DNA of 64,000 bases from Candidatus Adlerbacteria bacterium (lineage in GTDB: Bacteria > Patescibacteriota > Minisyncoccia > Phycocordibacterales > SBAW01), in contig CAINNF010000017.1 in assembly GCA_903851045.1 (NCBI GenBank), positions 34,353 to 98,352 of the forward strand, in the 5' to 3' direction. Numbering within the stretch: the stretch's first letter is position 1; every line of letters starts with the position of its first letter. Position numbers and translations under genes: made by a program. Below, piece after piece: positions 1 to 9,068 of the stretch. Under the pieces are notes generated by a model. That model saw only the letters and a list, made by a program, of their open reading frames with translations. It did no database searches and had not been told where the DNA came from.

Positions 1-1212
1 ATGGTCCTCGCCATACTTCGCGCGTGCATAACGGATGACCTCGTCGCGCCGGTCGTCAGCGAAGTCCATGTCGATATCGGGGGCGGAGGGTCGCTCCGGG
101 TTGAGGAAGCGCTCGAAGGGAATCTTGTACTCCAGCGGATCGATCTTCGTAATTTGCAGAAGGTACGTCGTCATCGAACCGGCGACCGAACCTCGAATGT
201 TGGTGTAGATATTGTTCTCGCGCGCGAAGCGGATGAGGTCTTCTACCACAAGAAAATACATCGCGTAGCCTTTGAACTTGATGATGCCGAGCTCATACTC
301 GAGGCGTTCCATAACATCGGGCTTGCCTTCGAGCTCGCGCGCCTGCATGCCAGCCATGCACAACTCGCGCAGGACATCGTCGGCGCTCTTCCCAGGTGGG
401 AGCGGGAACTCGGGGAAGACGAACTTGCCGAGCACGAGGTCGACGGTACAGCGCTCCGCGATCTTATTGGAATTTTCCAATGCTGCGGGGAAGTCGGCGA
501 ACAGCTCCTCCATCTCGGCTGCGCCACGAAAAGCATAATCTTCTTCTAAACTATTTTCGTTGTCAGCATTCTCGATCTTACGCATCGTCTGCCACGCGAG
601 CCGGTCGTCGCGGTCGATGTAGTAGGTCTCTTGGCCGGCCACCAGCGGTACATCATATTTTTTAGCGAATGCGGTCAGCAGCGCGACCGTCGTCTCATGG
701 CCATCCAACTCTTCGTGCATCGACAGTTCGAGGAACAGATTATCTTTTCCAAAGATCGCCAGATATTCGTCGAGCGTTCGCTTCGCGCGCCCTTCGTCGT
801 TGGCGCGCAGCGCCGCTGGTATCTCGCCACGCAAGCAGGGAATCACCGCGATGAGTCCCGCCGAGTGCGCGCGCAAAGTCTCATGCGTCATCGTCGGCCG
901 CCCCGCATGCTCGGTCATATACGACTCGGTGACGAGCCGCAGGAGGTTGCGATACCCTGGGTCGTTTTCGGCATATAAAAGGAGTCGCGCATCGTCCGGC
1001 AGGTAGGCCTCGATCCCGATGATAGGCTTGATCTCCTTCTTGCGACAATCCATCACGAACTCGATAGCCCCATACAAATTGCCAAGGTCGGTCAGCGCGA
1101 GCGAGGTGCACCCCTGAGCCTTAGCCGCCTTCACCAAATCCGGCAACTTCGGCAGCGCCTGCAACAAAGAGTAATGAGAATGGATATGCAGCGGCGTAAA
1201 CGTGGCAGACAT
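1..1212 (-). CDS. dnaE: DNA polymerase III alpha subunit, N-terminal part (continues beyond window start)
   Basis: Manual translation of the minus strand from ATG 1212 gives MSATFTPLHIHSHYSLL...ALTDLGNLYGAIEF (PHP domain), RGSVAGS and FERFLNPERPSAPDIDMDF. It is missing from the ORF track because no stop falls inside the window. Confidence 0.97.
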   Translation of the reverse strand, partial: MSATFTPLHIHSHYSLLQALPKLPDLVKAAKAQGCTSLALTDLGNLYGAIEFVMDCRKKEIKPIIGIEAYLPDDARLLLYAENDPGYRNLLRLVTESYMTEHAGRPTMTHETLRAHSAGLIAVIPCLRGEIPAALRANDEGRAKRTLDEYLAIFGKDNLFLELSMHEELDGHETTVALLTAFAKKYDVPLVAGQETYYIDRDDRLAWQTMRKIENADNENSLEEDYAFRGAAEMEELFADFPAALENSNKIAERCTVDLVLGKFVFPEFPLPPGKSADDVLRELCMAGMQARELEGKPDVMERLEYELGIIKFKGYAMYFLVVEDLIRFARENNIYTNIRGSVAGSMTTYLLQITKIDPLEYKIPFERFLNPERPSAPDIDMDFADDRRDEVIRYARAKYGEDH

Positions 1213-1298
1213 GGGAGTAGTATATCGTTTCGAGTGATACTGGGCGAGTTTTGGCTAGAATCATTGCCGCGTAGTCTCTAATTAGATACATTTATTGT

Positions 1299-1751
1299 AT
1301 GTGGACATATCTACAAAGATGGCAGGTTATAAATTGTCTCTATCATTTTCAAATGAGGCGCGGTGGAGTAAGGTGGGTGCAAGAACACGATTTAATTGCC
1401 TGGATAGGTGGGTCAGACTTACGTACCCAGCAGCATGATACTATCTTGTCTTCATTTCGGGCAAATCTTTCATACTTTTTCTTTGGCGTTAAAAATCATG
1501 ATGATTTATATACCAAAATAAGGAATGTAATTAATGAATGTGAGGATAAGGATGTAAACTGGATCGTCCGGGAAAAAGATAAGCATAGCATTTCTGACTA
1601 CCTGAATTTGACGACAAGAGGACGGGAGGTTTATACCTACTCACACCTATTAGGTTTATTGTTCGGAAATTCCTATATTAAATGGGGCGTTACTTCTTTA
1701 GTCGTATGGCTTCTCGCCACTCATTTCAACATAGTTATCCAACCAAAATAA
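1299..1751 (+). CDS. hypothetical protein, AT-rich, C-terminal hydrophobic segment
   Basis: 150-aa ORF filling the gap before the peptidase gene; visibly more AT-rich than its flanks. Confidence 0.6.
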   Translation: MWTYLQRWQVINCLYHFQMRRGGVRWVQEHDLIAWIGGSDLRTQQHDTILSSFRANLSYFFFGVKNHDDLYTKIRNVINECEDKDVNWIVREKDKHSISDYLNLTTRGREVYTYSHLLGLLFGNSYIKWGVTSLVVWLLATHFNIVIQPK

Positions 1752-1754
1752 TTT

Positions 1755-2363
1755 ATGAAAAAACTCATCCTCGCCTCCAGTGTAAGCCCCACCATCTACA
1801 ACGCAGAGCATTTGTTTGGGAAGCCTTTTTCGCAGTTACGGATCGCGGTTGTGCCGACGGCAGCTAATGCGGAGACGGGAGACAAACAGTGGCTTGAGAA
1901 TGATTTAAAGGTTTTCCGCGACAAAGGGTGCACTTTGTTCGATGTGCAGCTGGAGGGCGAGAGTGAAGCGCAGTTGCGTACTGAGTGTGCAGGGGTGGAT
2001 GCTGTTTTTGTGACGGGTGGGAATACGTACTACTTGCTCTACCACATGCGCCAGAGCGGGTTTGACCGTGTGGTGACCGACTTGGTGAACAGTGGGGTGG
2101 TGTACATAGGCTCCAGCGCCGGCTCGGTCGTCGCGTGTCCCAACATCAACACAGCGAGTGGGGATGACGCGTCGGTCGTGCCGCTCACCGACTACACCGG
2201 GCTCGGCTTCGTCGACTACTGCATCATGCCGCATATGAATAAGGAGAAGTACGCGACCATCGCCCAGGAGTTGGTAAAGAAAGATGACACCCACCCCTAC
2301 ATTGGCCTCGCCGACTCCCAGATCCTCGTTGTGCAAGGGGCTTTCACCGAAATATTGGCGTAG
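1755..2363 (+). CDS. peptidase S51 / dipeptidase E family (class I glutamine amidotransferase-like fold)
   Basis: Motifs VPTA, FVTGGNTYYLL, YIGSSAGS (nucleophile Ser) and IMPH. Confidence 0.9.
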   Translation: MKKLILASSVSPTIYNAEHLFGKPFSQLRIAVVPTAANAETGDKQWLENDLKVFRDKGCTLFDVQLEGESEAQLRTECAGVDAVFVTGGNTYYLLYHMRQSGFDRVVTDLVNSGVVYIGSSAGSVVACPNINTASGDDASVVPLTDYTGLGFVDYCIMPHMNKEKYATIAQELVKKDDTHPYIGLADSQILVVQGAFTEILA

Positions 2364-2386
2364 TAAGCGCGTGGTATCATTTGCTA

Positions 2387-2740
2387 ATGTCTATGGAGAA
2401 ACCACCCAGTGTTCGAGCGACGCAAGAAGCGAGCGCTGAGTATGTTCCAACGAGAGAAGAGATTTTCGCGCAAATTAATAAATTTTGTGAATGTGCAACA
2501 GCAGAGGTTGTACAAGAACTGAGCGACGAGAAGGGTATATATCGTCTAGAGGTGTGGGGACCGACTCATGATGACGGAACACGCACCATGTATGGATATC
2601 TTAGAACAGGTGGCCCGTTCGATATTTAAACGTCACCCACTACTCGTATCTATGCTATTGAATTTGATGGTGAAGATATTGTCGGTGGTCGCGATGTTGT
2701 AGAATATGATCCGCACACGAAGGGGTGGGAGGTAAAATAA
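2387..2740 (+). pseudogene. hypothetical protein interrupted by an in-frame TAA at 2627-2629
   Basis: The frame continues past the TAA for 36 protein-like codons (TSPTTRIYAIEFDGEDIVGGRDVVEYDPHTKGWEVK) to TAA 2738-2740, just before the next gene. Confidence 0.55.
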
Positions 2741-2755
2741 TACAGTTGCAAGTCT

Positions 2756-3001
2756 ATGAAAACCAAAAGTTGCGAAAGTTGTTTGATGCCGTTGAGTCAG
2801 GACCCGGGGAAGAGTGAGTCGGAGAGGTATTGTAGTTACTGCTTCAAGGATGGGAAGTTGTGCTACGAGGGGACTGATCTGAAAGAATTTCAAAAGCGGG
2901 CGTATGAAAGTATGCGAGCGAAGGGGATGAACAAGTTTCAGGCGAAGTTCTTCACCTGGCTCATCCGCTTTGCTCCGCGGTGGCGCACACAGACAAGGTA
3001 A
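2756..3001 (+). CDS. zinc-ribbon domain protein (Zn_ribbon_2-like)
   Basis: CESCLMPL...YCSYCFKDG and C-terminal APRW. Confidence 0.85.
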   Translation: MKTKSCESCLMPLSQDPGKSESERYCSYCFKDGKLCYEGTDLKEFQKRAYESMRAKGMNKFQAKFFTWLIRFAPRWRTQTR

Positions 3002-3072
3002 AGCTGTAGGCGCTCGACGGAGACGCATATGTACTGTATTTTCCTTGTAGTTCGGTACAAAGGAGATTTCGT

Positions 3073-3426
3073 ATGTCTGACGACGTGTTGCGCTATCTTG
3101 CGTCCGCCCTTGCGCAGGAGGAAGACGCACAACAACAACGACTCAAGGCGATCAGAGCTGCGAGGCGTACGTTTCAGCGGAGAAGGGGGGTGCCGACGCT
3201 ACGGTTTCGGATCGTGCTGTCCAGTCTGTGGAAAGCGGAAGGTGAGCGTGATGTCGAGATGGAGGGGACTGGTTCCCTGCAAATGATCATCGCTTGCGCG
3301 GTCAGTGAGTTCAAACAAAGGAATCATCGCGCTGACGTACAGGCGAACTGGCATATCCAGACGATACTGCCGAGTGGTTTAGTGATGGACCTGCCCAGCA
3401 AGTTGTGGGACCATCTCAGACCCTAA
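3073..3426 (+). CDS. hypothetical protein
   Basis: 117-aa ORF with an AAGGAG SD upstream and a terminator downstream. Confidence 0.65.
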   Translation: MSDDVLRYLASALAQEEDAQQQRLKAIRAARRTFQRRRGVPTLRFRIVLSSLWKAEGERDVEMEGTGSLQMIIACAVSEFKQRNHRADVQANWHIQTILPSGLVMDLPSKLWDHLRP

Positions 3427-3444
3427 CCATGACACGTTCGCGTC

Positions 3445-3481
3445 ATAACCCACCAGGTACGTCCGGTGGGTTATTTTTTTG
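3445..3481 (+). terminator. intrinsic terminator
   Basis: ATAACCCACC...GGTGGGTTAT stem followed by a T-run. Confidence 0.75.
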
Positions 3482-3542
3482 GAACTTTTGCCGCGAACTG
3501 GTGGTAGTATAGATACACTTTATCGGTTTATCGCTACACCAT

Positions 3543-4460
3543 ATGGCAAACATATATAAGCGCGCTTTTCTCAAACACAAGATCGTCTCTCTGGCGGACG
3601 CGAACCTGAGCGTCGCGAGCGCAGCAGTGTTGTATGGACTCAGCGTGTATACCGTATTCCCCGTATCGAAGACGAGCAAAGGACTCGTGGCATTCCGACT
3701 GCGCGACCATTACCAGCGCCTCGTGAACTCGGCTCGCATCATCGGGCTCGATACGTTCGAACCCGCGTGGAGCTTCGAAAAGTTCACCAAGGTGGTGAAG
3801 GAGCTTGTAGCGGCGAACAAGCCGACCAAGGATGTGTTCGTGCGCGCGACCGTACACGTGGACGAATTGGTGCCCGGCACGCGTTCGCGCGGACTCTCGA
3901 CCTCGCTCAGTATGTTCGTGTACGAAGCGAAGCCAATCCTGCCGCAGGATGGTGCGCGACTCAAGACGAGCGTGTGGCGGCGCATCCCAGACTACGCTAT
4001 CCCTTCGCGTGCGAAGGTGAACGGTGCGTACGTGAACTCGGTGCTCGCACGACAGGATGCGATAGACTGCGGCTATGACGACTGCATCTTCTTGGATGGA
4101 CATGGCCACGTGTGCGAGCTCTCCGCTGCCAACATCTTCATCGTTCGTGACGGCGTATTGATCACACCCGACACCATGAGCGACCTGCTCGAGGGGATCA
4201 ATCGTAAGACGGTGTTGGAACTCGCGCACGACCTAAAGATCCCCGTCGTCGAGCGCGGGGTCGACCTCACCGAACTTTACATAGCGGACGAGGTGTTCGC
4301 GTGCGGGACCTCGGCCTATATCGCGTCGGTCAAAGAAGTGGATGCTCGCATAATCGGTACCGGCAGTATCGGCCCCATCACGCAACGGATCCGCGACCGA
4401 CACGCCAAGCTTCTGCGTGGCAGCGACCCCACCTTCGCGAACCTTATCACCTATCTCTAA
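3543..4460 (+). CDS. ilvE: branched-chain amino acid aminotransferase (PLP fold IV)
   Basis: Motifs LYGLSVY, FRLRDHYQRL, AKVNGAYVNS, ELSAANIF, LLEGINR and ADEVFACGT. Confidence 0.88.
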   Translation: MANIYKRAFLKHKIVSLADANLSVASAAVLYGLSVYTVFPVSKTSKGLVAFRLRDHYQRLVNSARIIGLDTFEPAWSFEKFTKVVKELVAANKPTKDVFVRATVHVDELVPGTRSRGLSTSLSMFVYEAKPILPQDGARLKTSVWRRIPDYAIPSRAKVNGAYVNSVLARQDAIDCGYDDCIFLDGHGHVCELSAANIFIVRDGVLITPDTMSDLLEGINRKTVLELAHDLKIPVVERGVDLTELYIADEVFACGTSAYIASVKEVDARIIGTGSIGPITQRIRDRHAKLLRGSDPTFANLITYL

Positions 4461-4489
4461 CATAAAAGGATTGGCCCTTATAAAGTAGT

Positions 4490-5098
4490 ATGCGGACACG
4501 GGCACAGTGGGTCATTGGTGTCGACGAAGCGGGGCGCGGACCCCTGGCCGGACCAGTCGCGGTCGGTGTCGTGCTCGCGCCCAAAGGATTCGATATCAAA
4601 AAGGCATTCCCCGGTGTTGCTGACTCCAAGAAGCTTTCTGAGAAAAAACGAGAAGCGATCTTTTCGATGCTCGAACGGTGGTCGGATGACGATGTTAGAT
4701 ATGCGGTCGTGTTCGCATCTGCGAAGACGATAGACGGTAAGGGGATCAGCGCTGCTATTCGCGAGTCGGTGGCTCAAGGGGTGCGCATGCTCGCGCCGAA
4801 CGCACGCGACGGGTGTGTGCTGCTCGACGGGTCGTTGCATGCACCTGCAGCGTATACGCAACGAACGATCATCAAAGGTGACGCGACCGAACCGATCATC
4901 TCGCTCGCGTCAATCGCGGCGAAAGTGACTCGCGATCGACGTATGAAAAAGCTCGCTCAAAAATATCCAGTCTATGGGTTCGAGCGGCATAAAGGCTATG
5001 GCACAAAGGCGCACTATGCGGCGCTGCAGCAGCATGGGTTATCCCCAGAACACCGCACCACCTACCTTACAAACGTTTTGCCTCGCATACAGAAGTGA
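4490..5098 (+). CDS. rnhB: ribonuclease HII
   Basis: GVDEAGRGPLAGP, DSKKLS, KGD...ASIAAKVTRD and HKGYGT. Confidence 0.97.
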   Translation: MRTRAQWVIGVDEAGRGPLAGPVAVGVVLAPKGFDIKKAFPGVADSKKLSEKKREAIFSMLERWSDDDVRYAVVFASAKTIDGKGISAAIRESVAQGVRMLAPNARDGCVLLDGSLHAPAAYTQRTIIKGDATEPIISLASIAAKVTRDRRMKKLAQKYPVYGFERHKGYGTKAHYAALQQHGLSPEHRTTYLTNVLPRIQK

Positions 5099-5193
5099 AG
5101 TATAGTGAAATTTGCGTTCGGGGGTGTCGTACAAAACGTAAAAGCTCTATCAAAAAGAGCTCTCGATAACACCACAAGATAAGGGAGTCCGCC

Positions 5194-5457
5194 GTGCCGC
5201 GAGCATTGTCTGCACTAGAACAAATCGAGCATTTTGTCGATCAAGATCTACTCCTAGAAGTGCTGGGGGGTCGGGGGATCATGAGGGCCTGCGTCGCATG
5301 TGTGCACCGGGGTGATTGTGGATCGGAGACTGACCAGCTCGGTCTGTGCGAATTCTACGATCTGGACCTGCGAGATCCGATCAAGACAGAACAGAGTATC
5401 GAAGCGGCGCTCGTTGCCCCTCGGTGTCCTGAGCCTGTGTTGGCGGTCGCCGCCTGA
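5194..5457 (+). CDS. small Cys-rich hypothetical protein
   Basis: GTG start after AAGGGAG; CxxC-x5-C-x9-C cluster; own promoter (TTGCCT 5078, TATAGT 5101) and terminator. Confidence 0.55.
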   Translation: MPRALSALEQIEHFVDQDLLLEVLGGRGIMRACVACVHRGDCGSETDQLGLCEFYDLDLRDPIKTEQSIEAALVAPRCPEPVLAVAA

Positions 5458-5512
5458 AGTGCAGTGTTCGTCAGAACGTGCCCAAACCATCTTCGCCTCT
5501 ATCGTCCCACGT

Positions 5513-5553
5513 AACCCCTTCCTGGTCTATCCACGGGAGGGGTTTCTTTTTTT
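5513..5553 (+). terminator. intrinsic terminator
   Basis: AACCCCTTCC...GGGAGGGGTT followed by TCTTTTTTT. Confidence 0.75.
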
Positions 5554-5577
5554 AATAGACTATGGTACATTCGGTCC

Positions 5578-5817
5578 ATGGTAGTCCGAATGAGACATAC
5601 GAGGGCGCACACTGCGAACCGACGTTCGCACCATGCGCTCAAGGCCCAAACGCTCGCCAAGTGCGAGTGTGGAGCGACGCGTGTGTCACATCGCGCCTGC
5701 CCAAGCTGTGGGCGTTACCGTGGGCGTGTGGTCGTCGACAAGGTCAAACAGGCCGAGTCGAAGGCGGCGAAGAAGAGTGCGAAAGGTGGGAGCAAGAGCG
5801 AGGCATCGAAGAAGTAG
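5578..5817 (+). CDS. rpmF: 50S ribosomal protein L32
   Basis: MRHTRAHTANRRSHHAL, CECG...HRACPSCGRYRGR. Confidence 0.95.
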   Translation: MVVRMRHTRAHTANRRSHHALKAQTLAKCECGATRVSHRACPSCGRYRGRVVVDKVKQAESKAAKKSAKGGSKSEASKK

Positions 5818-5875
5818 ATCGATCTTGGCTTTTGGTTCTGGTTTTTTTACTGGTGCATAGTTGTTACTTTGAAAT

Positions 5876-6772
5876 ATGGCTAACAGGCACCTCTCACGGT
5901 CGATCGTCCTCCAAACACTCTTCGAGTGGGACTTTCGGAATTGTTCCCCTCAAGACACCGAGGAGGTACTGCTTCGCAACATCGAAGAGTTCGCACCCAA
6001 TGCATCCGACATCGCTTTCATGGAGGATCTGTTGAAGGGTACGGTCGCTCGAAAAGATGATCTTGATCTTGTCATAGAGAAGGCCGCTCCGGAGTGGCCC
6101 CTTTCGCGTATAGCGCCGGTCGACCGTAACGTGCTCCGGCTTGGGCTCTATGAGCTCCTGTTCGCCGATCGCGACAAGGTACCAGCGAAGGTTGCCATCA
6201 ACGAAGCTATCGAACTTGCGAAAAGTTTCGGTGGCGAGAACAGCGGCCGGTTCGTCAACGGTGTTCTTGGTGCGGTCTACAAAGAGCTCGGTGAACCCGG
6301 TAAGGACGAGACCTCGAAGAAGAAGAAAAGCGTGCCTTATGAAGAGATGCCACAGGAACGCCTCGTGGGAGCGGTGGTCTATTGTCGCAAGAGCGGGGAA
6401 CTGCAGCTCGCCCTTGTACACGACATCTTCGGACACTGGACGCTCTCGAAGGGGAAGCTCACTCCCGAAGAAACTCCCGAAGATGGAGTGGTGCGAAAGA
6501 TAAAAGAGGAGATAGGACTCGATGTGAAGCCGGTCGAGCGACTGGGCGAGAACGAGTATATCGCCTCCGACCCAGAGGTTGGCAAGAAGCGCAAGCACGT
6601 CATCTACTTCCTTGCCGAATCCGAACATACCCCGATCGAACTCGCGAAGAAAGGCGGACTCGATGATGCGAAATGGTTCCCCGTATCCCAAGCGACCGAA
6701 CTCAACTTCTATGACGACATGCTCCCGATAGTCACGAAAGCGATCCAGAAATTATTACCCGGTACCGACTAA
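5876..6772 (+). CDS. nusB: NusB fused to a C-terminal NUDIX domain
   Basis: N-terminal RHLSR...LQTLFEWD, DRNVLRLG, VAINEAIELAKSFG...FVNGVLG; C-terminal Nudix-like box GKLTPEETPEDGVVRKIKEEIGL. Confidence 0.93.
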   Translation: MANRHLSRSIVLQTLFEWDFRNCSPQDTEEVLLRNIEEFAPNASDIAFMEDLLKGTVARKDDLDLVIEKAAPEWPLSRIAPVDRNVLRLGLYELLFADRDKVPAKVAINEAIELAKSFGGENSGRFVNGVLGAVYKELGEPGKDETSKKKKSVPYEEMPQERLVGAVVYCRKSGELQLALVHDIFGHWTLSKGKLTPEETPEDGVVRKIKEEIGLDVKPVERLGENEYIASDPEVGKKRKHVIYFLAESEHTPIELAKKGGLDDAKWFPVSQATELNFYDDMLPIVTKAIQKLLPGTD

Positions 6773-6859
6773 CAAACGACATGCGTCCGACGGATGAGCC
6801 GAATCTTAAAGGATGATTCGGCGCAATCCAGCAGGATTGCATGATTGCAACTAACTCAA

Positions 6860-7552
6860 ATGGCTAAAGACCTTAGTTCGTTCGAAGAGATAATCAACGT
6901 ACCATTTACCGATCAGCTACTGCTCCGTCAGGCATTCACGCACCGCTCGTATCTGAACGAACATCGTGGCGAGGTCGTCGGGCACAACGAACGTCTTGAG
7001 TTCTTGGGAGACGCGGTGCTCGAGCTTGTCTCGACGCATTTTTTATATGTACGATTCCCTGAGAAGGATGAGGGTGAGCTGACCGCCTATCGTGCGTCGC
7101 TCGTGAACGCAGTGACCTGCGCCGAGGTCGCGACGGACCTGGGTATGAACGACTACCTGTTGCTCTCCAAAGGAGAGGCGAAGGACCAGGGTCGTGCGCG
7201 CGGCGTGCTCCTCGCGAACGCCTTCGAGGCGCTCATCGGTGCTATCTATATAGACCAAGGCTACGAGACCGCACAGGCGTTCATCGCGCGCTACCTGCTC
7301 CCCAAGATTGACGACATCGTCCAGAAGCGCCTCTGGCAGGATGCGAAGTCGACCTTGCAGGAAAAGGTGCAAGAGCACGACGGCGTGACGCCGATTTATG
7401 CGGTGCTCAAAGAGACCGGCCCTGACCATGACAAACACTTCCTCGTCGGTGTCTTTGCGCGTGACACGAAGATCGCCGAAGGCGAAGGCAAGTCCAAACA
7501 AGAAGCCGAACAATCCGCAGCGAGAGCAGCGCTCGAACTACGGGGGTGGTAA
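6860..7552 (+). CDS. rnc: ribonuclease III
   Basis: HNERLEFLGDAVLEL signature; dsRBD with GPDHDKHF and GKSKQEAEQSAA. Confidence 0.98.
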   Translation: MAKDLSSFEEIINVPFTDQLLLRQAFTHRSYLNEHRGEVVGHNERLEFLGDAVLELVSTHFLYVRFPEKDEGELTAYRASLVNAVTCAEVATDLGMNDYLLLSKGEAKDQGRARGVLLANAFEALIGAIYIDQGYETAQAFIARYLLPKIDDIVQKRLWQDAKSTLQEKVQEHDGVTPIYAVLKETGPDHDKHFLVGVFARDTKIAEGEGKSKQEAEQSAARAALELRGW

Positions 7553-7606
7553 AAAGTATTTTGTGCCTTTATAGTACGAGCGTGTGTATGTTGAATGGAG
7601 GAGTAG

Positions 7607-7825
7607 ATGCCTAAACCACTGTTGTTCTTAGCGAGTTCCTTGATCCTGGGGCTGTGTGCCACTCTTGTGCTGTACTGCATGGGCGCGAGCGAACGATTGA
7701 TCTTTATCGTGTCGCTGTCTGGGCAGGTCGTGGGGGTAGGAGGAGTCATCGGTATGTACTTTCTTGAGAGACTGAGTGCTTCGTGGATCGGGCGCCTGTT
7801 CAATCAATGTTTCGGGAGGAAGTAA
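7607..7825 (+). CDS. small two-TM membrane protein
   Basis: GGAGGAG SD; two hydrophobic stretches; TAATG overlap with the next ORF. Confidence 0.65.
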   Translation: MPKPLLFLASSLILGLCATLVLYCMGASERLIFIVSLSGQVVGVGGVIGMYFLERLSASWIGRLFNQCFGRK

Positions 7826-8400
7826 TGGACGTGCATCTGTATGCGAGTCATCATGACTTGCCGTATTGGGGAGGCGCTCACCCGTCGTGGGGACGATTCG
7901 TGCCGCACGACATGCGTGACTGGGCATTCAACACCGGAGAGTCTGCGGAACCCCTGCAAGATGCGCTTAAGGGGACCGTGTGGGTATTCTTGGAAGCCCT
8001 GCATCGGATGCCTCGTCCGCTACTTGAAGCACATGTTTCGGTCGGCGTACCAATTAGCGATGGCAACGAAGTTATGATTATGTGTCCACATCGCATGTGG
8101 GTGCAGATCATTGCTCCGTCAGCGGTACCTGTTCCTTCTCGCGAAGCGAGCAATGATGCGTTGGCGTGCGTGTGGGGGAGGGATAATCGTACCTATCGCT
8201 TTGGGAACCTTCTCTCTTCTCAAGAGTGGGTGGAATTTCAAACCCTCGGTACGGTCGAGGAGCGTATCGCCTTCGTCCAAGCGTTCTTCGAGCGTCAACT
8301 GCACCGGGTGCAGCAGCTCCGGATGGAAAGCATCCTCGATCTCTCGAGTGCAGCAGCTGCGCATGCGAAAGCTGTGCAAGCCATCTTGGCGACAGGTTGA
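7825..8400 (+). CDS. hypothetical protein
   Basis: GGGAGG SD; start coupled to the upstream stop. Confidence 0.65.
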   Translation: MDVHLYASHHDLPYWGGAHPSWGRFVPHDMRDWAFNTGESAEPLQDALKGTVWVFLEALHRMPRPLLEAHVSVGVPISDGNEVMIMCPHRMWVQIIAPSAVPVPSREASNDALACVWGRDNRTYRFGNLLSSQEWVEFQTLGTVEERIAFVQAFFERQLHRVQQLRMESILDLSSAAAAHAKAVQAILATG

Positions 8401-8526
8401 TGGTCATGGTCGCGAGCACCTAACAGGCGCTCGCGGCCTTTTTTCTTGCTATCTGCAGCAAAAGTGGTATTTTCTGTCAAGATGTTTTTGGGGTGCACGC
8501 CCCGTTTTTCTTTGGAGGTAAAGACG

Positions 8527-8883
8527 ATGCGTAAGCACATCTCGGCAATGGTTATTGCTCTGGCTTCTCTGGCGGGAGCAGTTCCCTCAGTACAGGCTCA
8601 GCTGGGCGGGCTTGATGCGGGATACGTATCAATTGCAATTACGGCGATAGATTCGGCCCCGGAGTCTTCGCTTCTGTGTGCTGTTCGTGTCTGCTGGGTG
8701 GTGGATGGGTATCGCAAGGGTCGAGTCGTGGCACACGAACTGCGAACTCAAGCGAGAACAGTCGAGTTCTCTGCTAGGGATTGGGCTCTGGAGCAGGGAA
8801 CTACTCGTGTGTATCTGCCTACAAGTCCTGGTTGGTTCGAGGAGATGGGTCGAAATGCAGGGACTGGTGGGGCTCGTTTCTGA
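8527..8883 (+). CDS. hypothetical secreted protein
   Basis: GGAGGT SD; signal peptide MRKHISAMVIALASLAGAVPSVQA. Confidence 0.6.
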   Translation: MRKHISAMVIALASLAGAVPSVQAQLGGLDAGYVSIAITAIDSAPESSLLCAVRVCWVVDGYRKGRVVAHELRTQARTVEFSARDWALEQGTTRVYLPTSPGWFEEMGRNAGTGGARF

Positions 8884-9068
8884 GTGATGAGATACGGTAT
8901 TTGTAGTATAACCATGCTGTGTTCGATGTTCGAAGGAGGGTTGTGTGACCAGGTTTCTTTGGACCCACCTGGACTCGATGGGCTCGTGTCATGACGTTGT
9001 ATCGGGGTTAACAGCGATACGTGGCTCATTCCTCGGGATGAGCCATTTCTTTTGGTACAATAGGGAGG

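Noticed and set aside
1-978. Plus-strand ORFs 1..549 and 631..978
   Set aside because: They are antisense shadows of dnaE on the minus strand.
8935-8948. 14-nt match GGAGGGTTGTGTGA shared with the minus strand near 30037-30050
   Set aside because: Matches of this length are expected by chance in 64 kb, and part of it is just an SD plus GTG.
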